Below, piece after piece: positions 17,648 to 31,564 of a DNA stretch of 59,010 nt. The DNA is from an uncultured Thermodesulfobacteriaceae bacterium (lineage in GTDB: Bacteria; Desulfobacterota; Dissulfuribacteria; Dissulfuribacterales; UBA3076), in contig CAZYEJ010000003.1 of the NCBI GenBank assembly GCA_964646435.1, forward strand, positions 20,210-79,219, written 5' to 3'. The position numbers were made by a program, and so were the translations under genes. Below the pieces are notes generated by a model. That model was not told the origin of the DNA. It saw nothing but the letters and a program-made list of their open reading frames with translations, and searched no databases. Position 1 is the stretch's first letter; every line of letters starts with the position of its first letter.

Positions 17648-19285
17648 ATGTCAGCCAAAGAAATTAAGTACAACATAAAGGCCAGGGAGGCCATGTTAAC
17701 AGGCATTGATTCCCTGTCCAATGCAGTCAGAGTAACCCTTGGTCCCAAGGGCCGCAACGTCATCATTGAAAAATCCTTTGGGTCTCCGGTCATCACAAAA
17801 GATGGCGTTACCGTGGCCAAGGAAATCGAGCTTGAGGACAAGTTCGAAAACATGGGTGCCCAGATGGTAAAGGAAGTGGCATCCAAGACCAGTGATATTG
17901 CAGGCGACGGCACTACCACCGCAACTATACTTGCTCAGGCTATATATACAGAGGGGTCAAAGCTGGTGGCTGCCGGAGTCAATCCCATGGCTCTTAAGAG
18001 GGGAATTGACAAGGCTGTTGAGGTTGTCGTAGACGGGCTCAAGAAAATGTCCAAGCCCACCAAGGACCAGAAGGAGATCGCCCAGGTAGGTACTATATCC
18101 GCCAATAACGATCCCACCATTGGTAACATCATTGCCGAGGCTATGGACAAGGTCGGCAAGGAAGGGGTCATTACGGTAGAAGAGGCCAAGGCCATGGAGA
18201 CCTCTCTCGATGTGGTGGAGGGCATGCAGTTTGATCGCGGCTACTCCTCTCCCTATTTCGCAACAGATCCGGAAAAAATGCAGTGCGTACTGGCAGATCC
18301 CTATATCCTGATCCACGAGAAAAAGATCAGCAACATGAAAGACCTTCTGCCAATCCTTGAGCAAATCGCAAAGATGGGCAAACCCCTTATGATCATATCA
18401 GAGGATGTTGAGGGCGAAGCTCTGGCCACTTTAGTGGTAAACAAGCTCAGGGGGACCCTCCAGACTTGCGCAGTAAAGGCCCCGGGTTTCGGAGACAGGC
18501 GTAAGGCCATGATGGAGGATATCGCCATTTTGACCGGTGGTGAGATGGTAGCAGAAGACCTGGGTATCAAGCTCGAAAACGTATCTATCAATAACCTCGG
18601 GACGGCAAAAAGAGTTATAATTGACAAGGATAATACTACTATTATTGATGGTGCCGGTTCCAAAGAAAAGATTGAGGGCCGTGTAAGGCTAATCCGTGCA
18701 CAGGTCGATGAAACATCCTCTGACTACGACAGGGAGAAGCTGCAAGAGCGCCTTGCCAAACTCATCGGAGGAGTTGCGGTCATTAACGTCGGCGCAGCCA
18801 CTGAAACCGAGATGAAAGAAAAAAAGGCCAGGGTGGAAGATGCTCTGAACGCCACAAGGGCTGCAGTAGAAGAGGGAATAATCCCTGGCGGTGGTACTGC
18901 CTATCTCCGTTGCCTGGACGCACTGAACGATCTCAAAGTAGATAACCAGGAAGAAAAGCACGGGGTTAATATCATCAAAAGGGCCATCGAAGAGCCTCTG
19001 CGGCAAATTGCCAACAATGCCGGGCATGAGGGTTCCGTTATTGTTGAATATGTAAAGTCCAAAAGTGGAGATGTTGGTTTTAACGCTGAAAAGGGTGAAT
19101 ATGAAGATCTTATGCAGGTAGGAATCATTGATCCGACAAAGGTCTCCCGCACAGCACTTCAAAATGCTGCCAGCGTCTCCAGTCTGCTCATTACCACAGA
19201 GGCCATGGTCGCTGAGATTCCCAAGGAAGAGCCGGCAATGGGTGGTATGCCCGGCGGGGGTATGCCCCCAGGTGGTATGATGTAA
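17648..19285 (+). CDS. groEL: Chaperonin GroEL
   Basis: [13 protein letters not shown] and a GGM-rich tail [14 protein letters not shown]. 545 aa. Confidence 0.97.
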   Translation: MSAKEIKYNIKAREAMLTGIDSLSNAVRVTLGPKGRNVIIEKSFGSPVITKDGVTVAKEIELEDKFENMGAQMVKEVASKTSDIAGDGTTTATILAQAIYTEGSKLVAAGVNPMALKRGIDKAVEVVVDGLKKMSKPTKDQKEIAQVGTISANNDPTIGNIIAEAMDKVGKEGVITVEEAKAMETSLDVVEGMQFDRGYSSPYFATDPEKMQCVLADPYILIHEKKISNMKDLLPILEQIAKMGKPLMIISEDVEGEALATLVVNKLRGTLQTCAVKAPGFGDRRKAMMEDIAILTGGEMVAEDLGIKLENVSINNLGTAKRVIIDKDNTTIIDGAGSKEKIEGRVRLIRAQVDETSSDYDREKLQERLAKLIGGVAVINVGAATETEMKEKKARVEDALNATRAAVEEGIIPGGGTAYLRCLDALNDLKVDNQEEKHGVNIIKRAIEEPLRQIANNAGHEGSVIVEYVKSKSGDVGFNAEKGEYEDLMQVGIIDPTKVSRTALQNAASVSSLLITTEAMVAEIPKEEPAMGGMPGGGMPPGGMM

Positions 19286-19345
19286 AACAGATAAAAATGC
19301 TATTGCAAAATCCGTTTTCTTAGATCTTGCAAGATAAAAGCATAA

Positions 19346-19382
19346 AGGCCTCTCTGTTAACCAGAGAGGCCTTTTCTTTTTT
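19346..19382 (+). terminator. Rho-independent terminator of groESL
   Basis: aggcctctctg-ttaac-cagagaggcct followed by a T-rich run. Confidence 0.7.
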
Positions 19383-19536
19383 GTGAGCGTTCACAGGGCA
19401 CCACATCTGCTTTATTGTCGGGTGAAGTACAGGAAGTACGTCTGCGTACCCATACGCCTTGCATCTGCAGCACCCTGTAAACGCTCACAGTTCGGTGGGT
19501 TGCGGTAAAACGGGTGTTGTAACTCCGTGAACGGCT
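19383..19536 (+). mobile_element. MITE-like element, copy 1
   Basis: About 85-90% identical by eye to 28581-28737 and to the reverse complement of 37410-37566. Flanking 10-mers tttctttttt / accctttttt share 7/10. Confidence 0.75.
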
Positions 19537-19717
19537 ACCCTTTTTTAGGCGTTCAGTGTTATCTTTCTTATAACCGCAAGTCGATGTATATTTTTAAAAG
19601 CCTTTAAATCCCATAAACTTTGAGATAAAACCCTTTTCGACCGATCAGTTATTATATCATGTCTATATGGAAACTCATGACTGACAAGAAAACAGGTCAA
19701 AAAGGACGCGATCAATC

Positions 19718-21247
19718 ATGCTTGCTATAGCAAAAAGTGGAGTTGTTGTTGGGATAAAGGCCTTTCCCATAGAAATTGAGGTAGATGTTTCGTCAGGACT
19801 TCCTTCTTTCAACATGGTTGGACTCCCTGAAGGGGCGGTTAAGGAAAGCAGGGAAAGGGTCAAAAGCGCTATTAAAAATTGCGGCTATCCGTTTCCCACC
19901 CAGAGGATTACAGTCAATCTCGCACCGGCAGACATGAAAAAAGAGGGGTCAGCCCTGGATCTCCCCATAGCCTGCGCCATTCTGTGCGCCACGGAGATAA
20001 TACCACAGGAAATACTTAGTAAATACTGCCTTGCGGGAGAACTATCCCTTGATGGTACATTGAAATCCACAAGGGGTATGCTTCCTCTTTCTCTCGCGGC
20101 CAGGGACTGGAACCTGAATGGTTTCATAGTTCCCAAAAAAAATGCCCCTGAGGCCGCCGTAGTGAGAGAAACCGCCGTACTTCCGGCAAATCATCTCTCC
20201 GAGGTAGTGGAGTTCTTGCTGAACAAGATTAAGATCGAACCTTTGCAAATTGATCTGAACGAACTATTCAAGGAGCGGAAATCCCTATATGGGGACTTTC
20301 AAGACGTAATCGGCCAGGAACATGCAAAAAGGGCCCTTGAGGTAGCTGCTGCAGGCGGTCACAACGTGCTTATGATAGGCCCGCCCGGGTCCGGAAAGAC
20401 CATGTTGGCAAAACGCATTCCCTCAATCCTTCCCTCTCTCACCTTTGAAGAAGCCCTTGAAACCACTACGATATACAGCATAGCAGGGCTTTTGCATTCA
20501 GACGAGCCCTTAATCACTTTAAGGCCTTTTTGCTCACCCCATCACACCATCTCGGATGCTGGCCTAATTGGCGGAGGAACTGTGCCAAGGCCGGGCCAGG
20601 TAAGCCTTGCCCACAACGGTGTGCTGTTCCTGGATGAGCTGCCGGAATTCAAAAAGAATGTACTGGAAAGCCTTAGACAGCCTATTGAAGATGGAGTGGT
20701 GACCATTTCAAGGGCCGTTATTACACTCTCCTTTCCGGCAAGGTTTACGCTTGTGGCTGCCCAGAATCCCTGTCCTTGCGGGCATTTAGGAGATCCCAGA
20801 AATAAGTGCTCTTGCCTTCCAAGTCAGATAATTCGTTATCGTAACCGGATATCAGGTCCTTTGCTGGACCGTATAGATATTCAAATCGAGGTTCCTGCCG
20901 TACCCTATTCGGAACTCAGTCATGCAAGGCGGGGGGAAAGCTCAGCCTCAATCAGAAAAAGGGTAATCAGGGCCAGAAAGATACAGGAACAACGATTTAA
21001 GGATATCTCCATCCACTGCAATTCGCAAATGTCTTCAAAAGAACTGAGGTCTTTCTGCAAATTGTCAGAAGAAAACAGGGCATTTCTGGAGGCCGTTGCA
21101 AACAAACTCGCCTTGAGCGCAAGGGCATTTCATAGGATAATAAAAATAGGAAGGACTATTGCGGATCTTGAGGAATCAACTACCGTAACCCTGGCCCATT
21201 TGTCCGAGGCCGTACAATATAGAAGCCTTGATCGTGAAAGGATATAA
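19718..21247 (+). CDS. comM: YifB/ComM-family Mg-chelatase-like ATPase
   Basis: Lon-protease-like N domain, Walker A GPPGSGKT, LFLDELPEF. 509 aa. Confidence 0.9.
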   Translation: MLAIAKSGVVVGIKAFPIEIEVDVSSGLPSFNMVGLPEGAVKESRERVKSAIKNCGYPFPTQRITVNLAPADMKKEGSALDLPIACAILCATEIIPQEILSKYCLAGELSLDGTLKSTRGMLPLSLAARDWNLNGFIVPKKNAPEAAVVRETAVLPANHLSEVVEFLLNKIKIEPLQIDLNELFKERKSLYGDFQDVIGQEHAKRALEVAAAGGHNVLMIGPPGSGKTMLAKRIPSILPSLTFEEALETTTIYSIAGLLHSDEPLITLRPFCSPHHTISDAGLIGGGTVPRPGQVSLAHNGVLFLDELPEFKKNVLESLRQPIEDGVVTISRAVITLSFPARFTLVAAQNPCPCGHLGDPRNKCSCLPSQIIRYRNRISGPLLDRIDIQIEVPAVPYSELSHARRGESSASIRKRVIRARKIQEQRFKDISIHCNSQMSSKELRSFCKLSEENRAFLEAVANKLALSARAFHRIIKIGRTIADLEESTTVTLAHLSEAVQYRSLDRERI

Positions 21248-21475
21248 GTCTTTTAGCTTATTGATAGTGGACCTTGCCCACCCTACGAATTGTCTCGTTT
21301 TAAGTTGGTAGCCACATTTAGTATATAAAATACAATATATAGTGAATTGATGGACCATATATCTACAATATATTGTGAAAAAACTCTTGCGTGCAGGAGC
21401 GGTAGGCCCAAAATTGAGAGGTTAGCGGTTAGCTATGGTAGCCAAGACCAATTCCTTAACTTTAGCTCACTTTAG

Positions 21476-22776
<1,301 letters not shown>

Positions 22777-22777
<1 letters not shown>

Positions 22778-22958
22778 TAGCCGTTCACGGCTTGAAATTG
22801 GAAATTGGAAAAAAATGAAACGAGTTTACGGGTTGGATGTTTATATGGCACTAGTGGGCAGGACACCGTAGGCTATCGGTTAATACGATCAACAACAGTA
22901 CAAAAGCATGAAAGCCTATTTTCTAATTTCAAGTTTCTAGTTTCTGCTTTCCAATTTC
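22777..22958. repeat. GTAG-headed motif plus stuttered-arm hairpin
   Basis: gtagccgttcacggcttg (22777-22794; related 30-mer reverse-complemented at 38701-38730), gaaattggaaattggaaa (22794-22811), about 135-nt loop, tttccaatttc (22948-22958). Confidence 0.65.
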
Positions 22959-23578
22959 TAATTAGAGAGGATTGTTTTTATATGATCAAAATGTTCCACG
23001 TGAAACATTGCCTTTAAGTCCCTGTTTTTATAAGCAATTAATGGAATTTCAGCTCTGTAAGCAACCATTTCATCCACAACCGAGTCCCCTATATAGATGG
23101 CTCGATCTTTCCCAACCCCCAAAGTCTCTAATATCTTGAATACACCTTCCGGGTCTGGTTTGGGGTTATTCACATCAAGGGCACAAACAATAATATCAAA
23201 CCACTTATCCATTCCAAATATCTTAACAACCCTTGACATTGTGGTGCTTCGGTTTGTGGATACAGCAGTTAACATTGGTGGTCTAATGGCTTCTATTGCG
23301 TCACCGACGCCCGGCTCCATAATTAAACAATCAAGAAAACGGGTGTAATCCAGGGTCTGAGCATAAACCAGGGCTTCTTTCTGATCTGACAAATCATCCC
23401 TAAACAAATACTTTACAGATTTCTCGGCCGTGTGCATGTGTACAAAAGTCAGTTCTTTATCGTTCATTAGCCCACGGCCGAATTCCTCAAGTATTGCATT
23501 ATAATATGCCCTGTTGGCCTCTCTGGAATCCAGGAGCACCCCGTCGCAATCAAATATGGCTAGATCAAACCGACTCAT
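22958..23578 (-). CDS. HAD-superfamily hydrolase (phosphatase)
   Basis: Motif I FDCDGVLLDS. Motif IV GDSVVDE. Confidence 0.8.
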   Translation of the reverse strand: MSRFDLAIFDCDGVLLDSREANRAYYNAILEEFGRGLMNDKELTFVHMHTAEKSVKYLFRDDLSDQKEALVYAQTLDYTRFLDCLIMEPGVGDAIEAIRPPMLTAVSTNRSTTMSRVVKIFGMDKWFDIIVCALDVNNPKPDPEGVFKILETLGVGKDRAIYIGDSVVDEMVAYRAEIPLIAYKNRDLKAMFHVEHFDHIKTILSN

Positions 23579-23583
23579 TTTTT

Positions 23584-24723
23584 TTAAAGCTTCTTCATAA
23601 TATTCTTTAATGAAAATCCCTTTAAAACCAAATCTGAAGGAACTCCTTTTCCTTGCACCATGACCTTATGGGACTCTCCCATTCCTTGAGGCAATAATAA
23701 CATTTTTACCGCGGCCAACTCCGGAGAAAATGGATTAAATTTTCCACCGGAAAGTTCCATAAAGGTCTCCTCAAAATCAAGTCCGGCCAAAAAAGCCCAC
23801 TGATGGACATATCCCAGAGTGGAAAATCCAAATTCCTTTCCCCATCTGTATAAATCACTAAAGTTAACATGGGCTGTCAAATCCTGCTCACCCACCCTTT
23901 CATACAACTCCTCATTTACACTATGATTCATATACGCCAAAAGGGTGCCTCTGTTTCTTCCCGGATGGAAGTACTCTTTTTTTGTGTGTCCATAGTCTAT
24001 TGTAACCACAAATCCCTTAGAAATTATACCAGCTAATTCTGAAATCCATTTATTGATAGAAAGATTTGCTTCTGTACGGTAACCATTAGGGAGATCTGAA
24101 GGAAGCTCCTTTACGTATTCTACCAGTTGAGGGGTGCTCAAGTCTGCGAATACCTCTGTATGACTACCATTTTCCTTAAAGTCTAAACATATTTCCTTAA
24201 AACTTGAATCTTCTTTTTGAATAAGATGGACAGGAAAAGCATCTAAAAGCTCATTTGAAATAATACAACCTGTCACAGAATCTAAATCTGAGAGTCTACC
24301 TATCCAACTGATTTTATTGATAAATGGTTTCAAAAGGTCTTGTTGGTAAGAGGCAGTTTCGGCCTTATGTTCTACTATTATGTAATTAATCGATTTAAAA
24401 ATCTCCCTATTTGACAAATAAGATAAAATATCTTGTGCAAGATATCCGGCTCCTGCCCCCATCTCTACAATTGTAAAAGGCGTACGGTCTAATATCTCCC
24501 AAAATTCCTCTATTTGTCTCGCATGTAATGCACCATAAAGACAATGTGTATGCGGACTTGTAATAAAATCTCCTTTTTTCCCGATAGGAAAATAAGATCC
24601 GGAGTAATATCCATATTTCTCATGATAGAGGGCCATCTCCATGAAATCCTTGAATGTTATTGGCCCGAAGTCCTTTACTTTATCATAGATAATTTTAGTC
24701 AATTCATTGGAAAAATCTTTCAT
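23584..24723 (-). CDS. MidA/NDUFAF7-like SAM-dependent methyltransferase (DUF185)
   Basis: FMEMALYHEKYGYYS...DFITSPH...VEMGAGAGYLAQD. Confidence 0.8.
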   Translation of the reverse strand: MKDFSNELTKIIYDKVKDFGPITFKDFMEMALYHEKYGYYSGSYFPIGKKGDFITSPHTHCLYGALHARQIEEFWEILDRTPFTIVEMGAGAGYLAQDILSYLSNREIFKSINYIIVEHKAETASYQQDLLKPFINKISWIGRLSDLDSVTGCIISNELLDAFPVHLIQKEDSSFKEICLDFKENGSHTEVFADLSTPQLVEYVKELPSDLPNGYRTEANLSINKWISELAGIISKGFVVTIDYGHTKKEYFHPGRNRGTLLAYMNHSVNEELYERVGEQDLTAHVNFSDLYRWGKEFGFSTLGYVHQWAFLAGLDFEETFMELSGGKFNPFSPELAAVKMLLLPQGMGESHKVMVQGKGVPSDLVLKGFSLKNIMKKL

Positions 24724-24991
24724 TTTGTGGTAACCTATAAATTTATTATAAGGTTATCTATAAAACATATTTTTCAAATATGCAAAATTGGTTTTGTTAA
24801 TTTCTTGTTAAAAATTTGTTAGTTTTTTTTTAATAAATAACCCTATCGATTTTTCAAACATTTAATCACAAATATAGGGAAGGTATTTTTACCTGTTAAT
24901 TTCATATAATATCAATTAGTTGAATATTTTTTGAACAAAAAAAACAGCACTTATTAACTTTATCTTTTATTTAAATAAATGGAGTAATAAT

Positions 24992-26134
24992 ATGCTAAAA
25001 TTTTCAGTTAAAAAAATGGATTTTTTGAATCCTCTTTCCAATATTCAGTCTATTGTAGATAAAAAGACTACAATGACTATTATTAATAACGTATTTATTT
25101 ATACAGACGAAAATCATCTATTTATTGAAGCTACTGATTTAGAAATAAGCTATAAGAGTAAAATTCCTTGTTCGGTTATAGATCAAGGGGCTATTACTAT
25201 TAATGCGCGAAAATTTTATGAAATAGTCAAAGAATTTCCATCTGAAGAGATATTTTTCGAAGAATATAAAAATACATGGTTAAAAATTGGAGCCGATGAG
25301 AAAGCCGAATATAAAATTGCAGGACTAGCTCCTGATGATTTCCCAAGATTTAGACACATAAACAGCGAAAACGCCATTGATTTAGAATCTTCAATTATAA
25401 AAGAGATGATCGAAAAAACAATATTTTCTTCATCTTATGACGATCGTAAATACAGCCTTTCAGGTATATATTTTGAGGAAAAACATGATGAAGAAGGGAA
25501 ATCTCAAATACGCATGGTAAGTTCAGATGGCCACAGGCTCAGCCTGATGGAAAAATATATTCCGGAAAAGGGACTAGGTCTTGATCAGGGAGTCATTATT
25601 CCTAGAAAAGGGGCCCAAGAAATAAAAAGAATTATAGAAGGTCACGAAAGAATGGTTTGGGGTATTGATAATAACTTTTGTTTTGTTACGTGTGGTAACG
25701 ATCACCTGGTGATAAGGTTGCTTGAAGGCAAATTTCCAGATTATCGCGATATAATACCAAAAAGTAAAGACCGTTATTTAACCTTTGATAGATTAGAGGT
25801 ATTTAATGCACTAAAACGTATATCGATTCTCTCTTCAGATACTACTTTTAGAGGAGTTAAAGCTAGTGTTATACCAGAATTGATTGAAATAGAGTCTTTA
25901 TATAAGGAAATTGGAGAAGCAAAGGAAACTATTAGTATAGATTATCATGGAGAACCATTTGAAATTGCTTTTAATGCAAAATATCTTATGGATGCCTTAT
26001 CTGTAATGGATTCGGACAGGGTAGAATTAACTGCCAATAATCCTGAATCTCCATGTCTGTTGAGAGGTAATGAAGACATCGGATTTTTGGGATTAATAAT
26101 GCCTATGAATCTTGTCAAAGAGGAAGATAAATAA
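24992..26134 (+). CDS. dnaN: DNA polymerase III beta sliding clamp
   Basis: 380 aa with three-domain clamp pattern, C-terminal LIMPMNL. Immediately upstream of gyrB. Confidence 0.9.
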   Translation: MLKFSVKKMDFLNPLSNIQSIVDKKTTMTIINNVFIYTDENHLFIEATDLEISYKSKIPCSVIDQGAITINARKFYEIVKEFPSEEIFFEEYKNTWLKIGADEKAEYKIAGLAPDDFPRFRHINSENAIDLESSIIKEMIEKTIFSSSYDDRKYSLSGIYFEEKHDEEGKSQIRMVSSDGHRLSLMEKYIPEKGLGLDQGVIIPRKGAQEIKRIIEGHERMVWGIDNNFCFVTCGNDHLVIRLLEGKFPDYRDIIPKSKDRYLTFDRLEVFNALKRISILSSDTTFRGVKASVIPELIEIESLYKEIGEAKETISIDYHGEPFEIAFNAKYLMDALSVMDSDRVELTANNPESPCLLRGNEDIGFLGLIMPMNLVKEEDK

Positions 26135-26150
26135 GAGGATTATTATTTAG

Positions 26151-28574
<2,424 letters not shown>

Positions 28575-28580
28575 CTCATG

Positions 28581-28737
28581 GTAAGCGTTCACAGGGCACC
28601 GCATCTGCTTTGTTGTCGGGCACTTGAAGTACAGGAAGTACGTCTGCGTACCCTCCGCCTCGCATCTGCAGCACCCTGTAAACGCTTACAGTTCGGTAGG
28701 TTGTGGTAAAACGAGCGTTGTAACCCCGTGAACAGTT
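28581..28737 (+). mobile_element. MITE-like element, copy 2 (157 bp) with perfect 10-bp target-site duplication
   Basis: ataactcatg occurs at 28571-28580 and 28738-28747, directly abutting the element. Ends share GTTCAC(A/G)GGG in inverted orientation. Confidence 0.85.
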
Positions 28738-28760
28738 ATAACTCATGAGAGGATATTTGG

Positions 28761-28964
28761 ATGGAGTGTCAAAAGGAAGAAAATAGAAAAAGGTGCAACT
28801 GTACATATGAGCCATGTCCAAGAAAGGGTATATGCTGTGAGTGTATAAAATATCACCTGAAAATGCGTCAGCTTCCGGCCTGTTGCTTTCCATCTGAGGC
28901 AGAGCGTACTTATGACAGGAGCTTTGAGTTGTTTGCAAAGCTCGTTCAGGAGGGAACTATATAA
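28761..28964 (+). CDS. Small Cys-rich protein (DUF6485-like)
   Basis: 67 aa, KRCNCTYEPCPRKGICCECIKYH. I recall this motif from a conserved small-protein family, but no search was run. Confidence 0.5.
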   Translation: MECQKEENRKRCNCTYEPCPRKGICCECIKYHLKMRQLPACCFPSEAERTYDRSFELFAKLVQEGTI

Positions 28965-30249
28965 TTTTACCCACCAGGTCATAGATATGAGAATCTGTTA
29001 TTTTAACAGGTACTATATCTCCACAATCGGCGGTCCCTTCATTTATATAGACTATCCCGTCAATCTCAGGGGCCTGATGTCTGGTCCTGCCAACAAGAAG
29101 AAGCTCTGTTTCAGAGCTCACTCCTTCAACAAGCACCTGCTCAACTCTGCCAACCATATCTGAAATTTTATCCCTGGATATCCTGGCTTGGATATTCATG
29201 ATTTCATCTTTTCGGGCCATTGCTGTTTCTGAGGATACTTTTCCAGGCAATTTATTTGCCATACACTCTTTTTCATCAGAATATACAAAACAACCAAGGT
29301 GCTCAAATTCCCACTTTTCCACAAATTCCCTTAATTTTTGAAAATCATCTTCGGTCTCCCCGGGAAAACCCACCATAACCGTTGTTCTGACAGCAGCATG
29401 GGGGAGCAACTTACTTATATGAGACATTAAATCCTCAAGGACCTTGCTGTCATATCCTCTCCTCATAGACCTGAGAATATTAGTGCTTGCATGTTGAATG
29501 GGAATATCCAGATAGGGACAAATAGCAGTATTTGAAGCAATGGTTTCAAGAAGTCTGATATTTACTTTGCCAGGGTGCAGATAGAGCAATCGAAACCACG
29601 GCAAATCTGTTTCTCCGGCCAGAGCCTCCAACAGATCAGGAAGAGTCTTTCCGCCATTCCTGTAAGCTGTGAGATCTTGGGCTACCAGTGTTATTTCCTT
29701 AACCCCTTTTGTAGCCAGCGAACTAACTTCCGACACTATTTCCGTAACAGATCGGGATGTTTCATTGCCTCTTAACATGGGAATCAGGCAGTAAGTACAC
29801 CGATTTGAGCAACCCTCCGAGATCTTGACGTAGGCCCTCCATGGAGGGGTTGTTAACACCCTGGCGGGATCCGGCGACTGCACCAAGTGTTGATGAGGAG
29901 CAGCATGGTCCTTAATAAGCGTTACGAGTGATTGGGGCGACCCTGTGCCGAGAAAGATGTCAACCTCAGGCAGTTCCTTTTTTAGATCGTCGCCGTATCT
30001 CTGAACCATACAGCCCATAACCACAAGGACCTGACGATCCGTTTTTCCCTTTACCACTTCCAGAATTGTATCTATGGACTCGGATACAGCCTCTTCTATG
30101 AATCCGCAGGTGTTTACTATCAGCAAATCCGCTTCTTGAGGATTGTTTGTGAGCTTCAGTCCAGAATCTGTTGAGCCAAGGGAGCCCAGAGCCACTTCGG
30201 TGTCTATGGTGTTTTTGGGACAACCAAGGCTTATAGCAAAGACTTTCAT
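28957..30249 (-). CDS. rimO: Ribosomal protein S12 methylthiotransferase
   Basis: MKVFAISLGCPKN, radical-SAM CSNRCTYC, C-terminal TRAM-like segment. Confidence 0.9.
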   Translation of the reverse strand: MKVFAISLGCPKNTIDTEVALGSLGSTDSGLKLTNNPQEADLLIVNTCGFIEEAVSESIDTILEVVKGKTDRQVLVVMGCMVQRYGDDLKKELPEVDIFLGTGSPQSLVTLIKDHAAPHQHLVQSPDPARVLTTPPWRAYVKISEGCSNRCTYCLIPMLRGNETSRSVTEIVSEVSSLATKGVKEITLVAQDLTAYRNGGKTLPDLLEALAGETDLPWFRLLYLHPGKVNIRLLETIASNTAICPYLDIPIQHASTNILRSMRRGYDSKVLEDLMSHISKLLPHAAVRTTVMVGFPGETEDDFQKLREFVEKWEFEHLGCFVYSDEKECMANKLPGKVSSETAMARKDEIMNIQARISRDKISDMVGRVEQVLVEGVSSETELLLVGRTRHQAPEIDGIVYINEGTADCGDIVPVKITDSHIYDLVGKII

Positions 30250-30292
30250 TATAAAAAAAGAGTAAGGGAAGAGAAAAAGATGATCAGGGAAA

Positions 30293-30661
30293 TTACCACG
30301 GTACTTCGGTTCGATCTTTCAGCCGATTTTTCGTATCTACCCAGACCAGGATGCTTTTGCCCCCGGCTATTTCGCCTTCAGAATACAAACTATAGGACGC
30401 TATAATTATCAGGTCGCCGGGTAATCCTTTTCTGGCAGCAGCCCCATTAAGACATATGGAGCCAGAGCCTCTTTTTCCTTCTATGACATAGGTATCAAAC
30501 CTGCTACCATTTGAAATATTATAGACCATTATCCGCTCAAAAGGTAAAAGGTCAGCAGCCTCCATCAAGCGGGAGTCTATAGTAATACTTCCTTCATAGT
30601 TGAGATCTGCCTCAGTGATTGTAGCTCTATGGATTTTTGATTTAAGCATTGATCGTAACAT
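30293..30661 (-). CDS. panD: Aspartate 1-decarboxylase
   Basis: [29 protein letters not shown] aligns with E. coli PanD from its first residue, including the Gly-Ser self-cleavage site. Start moved to M13 of the track ORF. Confidence 0.9.
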   Translation of the reverse strand: MLRSMLKSKIHRATITEADLNYEGSITIDSRLMEAADLLPFERIMVYNISNGSRFDTYVIEGKRGSGSICLNGAAARKGLPGDLIIIASYSLYSEGEIAGGKSILVWVDTKNRLKDRTEVPW

Positions 30662-30718
30662 ATCTTTAATCCGCCAATTTCCCAATTTAATCTGCAAGCA
30701 TGTATCTTTACTTGCATT

Positions 30719-31564
30719 TTACTGTTTAAGCAAGGTGTTGTCGATCAGACGAGTCTTTCCAACCCATACTGCCAGGGCGAGAAGGGTTTCCTTAACAATC
30801 TCCTCGTACGGCTTCAGGCTCTCAGGGTCTCCGAGAAAAATATAGTCAATTTTTGTGTTGCTAAAGGATTGGATGTAATTTTTGATAGCTTGGATAATTT
30901 CCGGACCGGATCGGCTACCTTGGCTCACCATTTTTTCAGCCAGCCGGAGGGCCTGAACAAGGGAAAGGGCAGATTCGCGCTCTTGTGCATCAAGATAAGT
31001 ATTGCGGGAGCTCATTGCCAGACCGTCGGGTTCTCTGACTATTGGATGGGCTATTATATTAACCGGTATATTCAGGTCCCTCACCATGCGGCGAATGACC
31101 TGGAGTTGTTGAAAATCCTTCTGACCGAAGATTGCCATGTCCGGCTGTACAATAATGAGGAGCTTGGCAACTATTGTGGCTACACCGCGGAAGTGTTCAG
31201 GTCTTGATGTGCCACAAAGTCCCTGACTTAAGCCTTCGACCCGGATCCATGTCTGGAAACCGGGAGGATAGAGGTCTTTGGCATCCGGACAAAACAGGCA
31301 GCTAACGCCTTCTTTTTCAGCCAGCTTCGAGTCCCGGTCAAGGTCTCTTGGATACCGATTTAGGTCTCCATTTGGACCGAACTGGGCAGGGTTTACAAAT
31401 AGGCTTACTACCACATGGTCTGCCTTGCTATCAGCCGCTCTCATCAGGGAAAGGTGGCCTTCATGGAAAAAGCCCATAGTGGGAACCAGAGCCACAGACA
31501 ACCCCTTCTGCTTCCACTTGAGAATCTGTTTTCTCATGCCGGATATAGAGTTAATAATTTTCAT
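30719..31564 (-). CDS. panC: Pantoate-beta-alanine ligase
   Basis: VPTMGFFHEGHLSLM, FVNPAQFG. 281 aa. Confidence 0.9.
   Translation of the reverse strand: MKIINSISGMRKQILKWKQKGLSVALVPTMGFFHEGHLSLMRAADSKADHVVVSLFVNPAQFGPNGDLNRYPRDLDRDSKLAEKEGVSCLFCPDAKDLYPPGFQTWIRVEGLSQGLCGTSRPEHFRGVATIVAKLLIIVQPDMAIFGQKDFQQLQVIRRMVRDLNIPVNIIAHPIVREPDGLAMSSRNTYLDAQERESALSLVQALRLAEKMVSQGSRSGPEIIQAIKNYIQSFSNTKIDYIFLGDPESLKPYEEIVKETLLALAVWVGKTRLIDNTLLKQ

Noticed and set aside
19383-19536. REP/RayT (Y1 transposase) mobilisation of the 157-bp element, suggested by GTAG-headed motifs and RayT-like gene fragments in the island
   Set aside because: REP/RayT systems do not create target-site duplications, whereas two copies here have perfect 10-bp duplications. 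That points to a DDE-type transposase acting in trans.
24724-24991. Firm oriC call upstream of dnaN
   Set aside because: Only 2-3-mismatch DnaA-box-like 9-mers are present and dnaA is not in the window. This is retained only as a low-interest hypothesis.
28576-28938. ORFs 28576-28938 (-), 37524-37706 (+) and 39133-39537 (-), partly sharing PDNKADAVPCER
   Set aside because: They are generated by the MITE-like and hairpin repeats in intergenic DNA. They have no RBS, and the shared peptide merely reflects the repeated nucleotide sequence.
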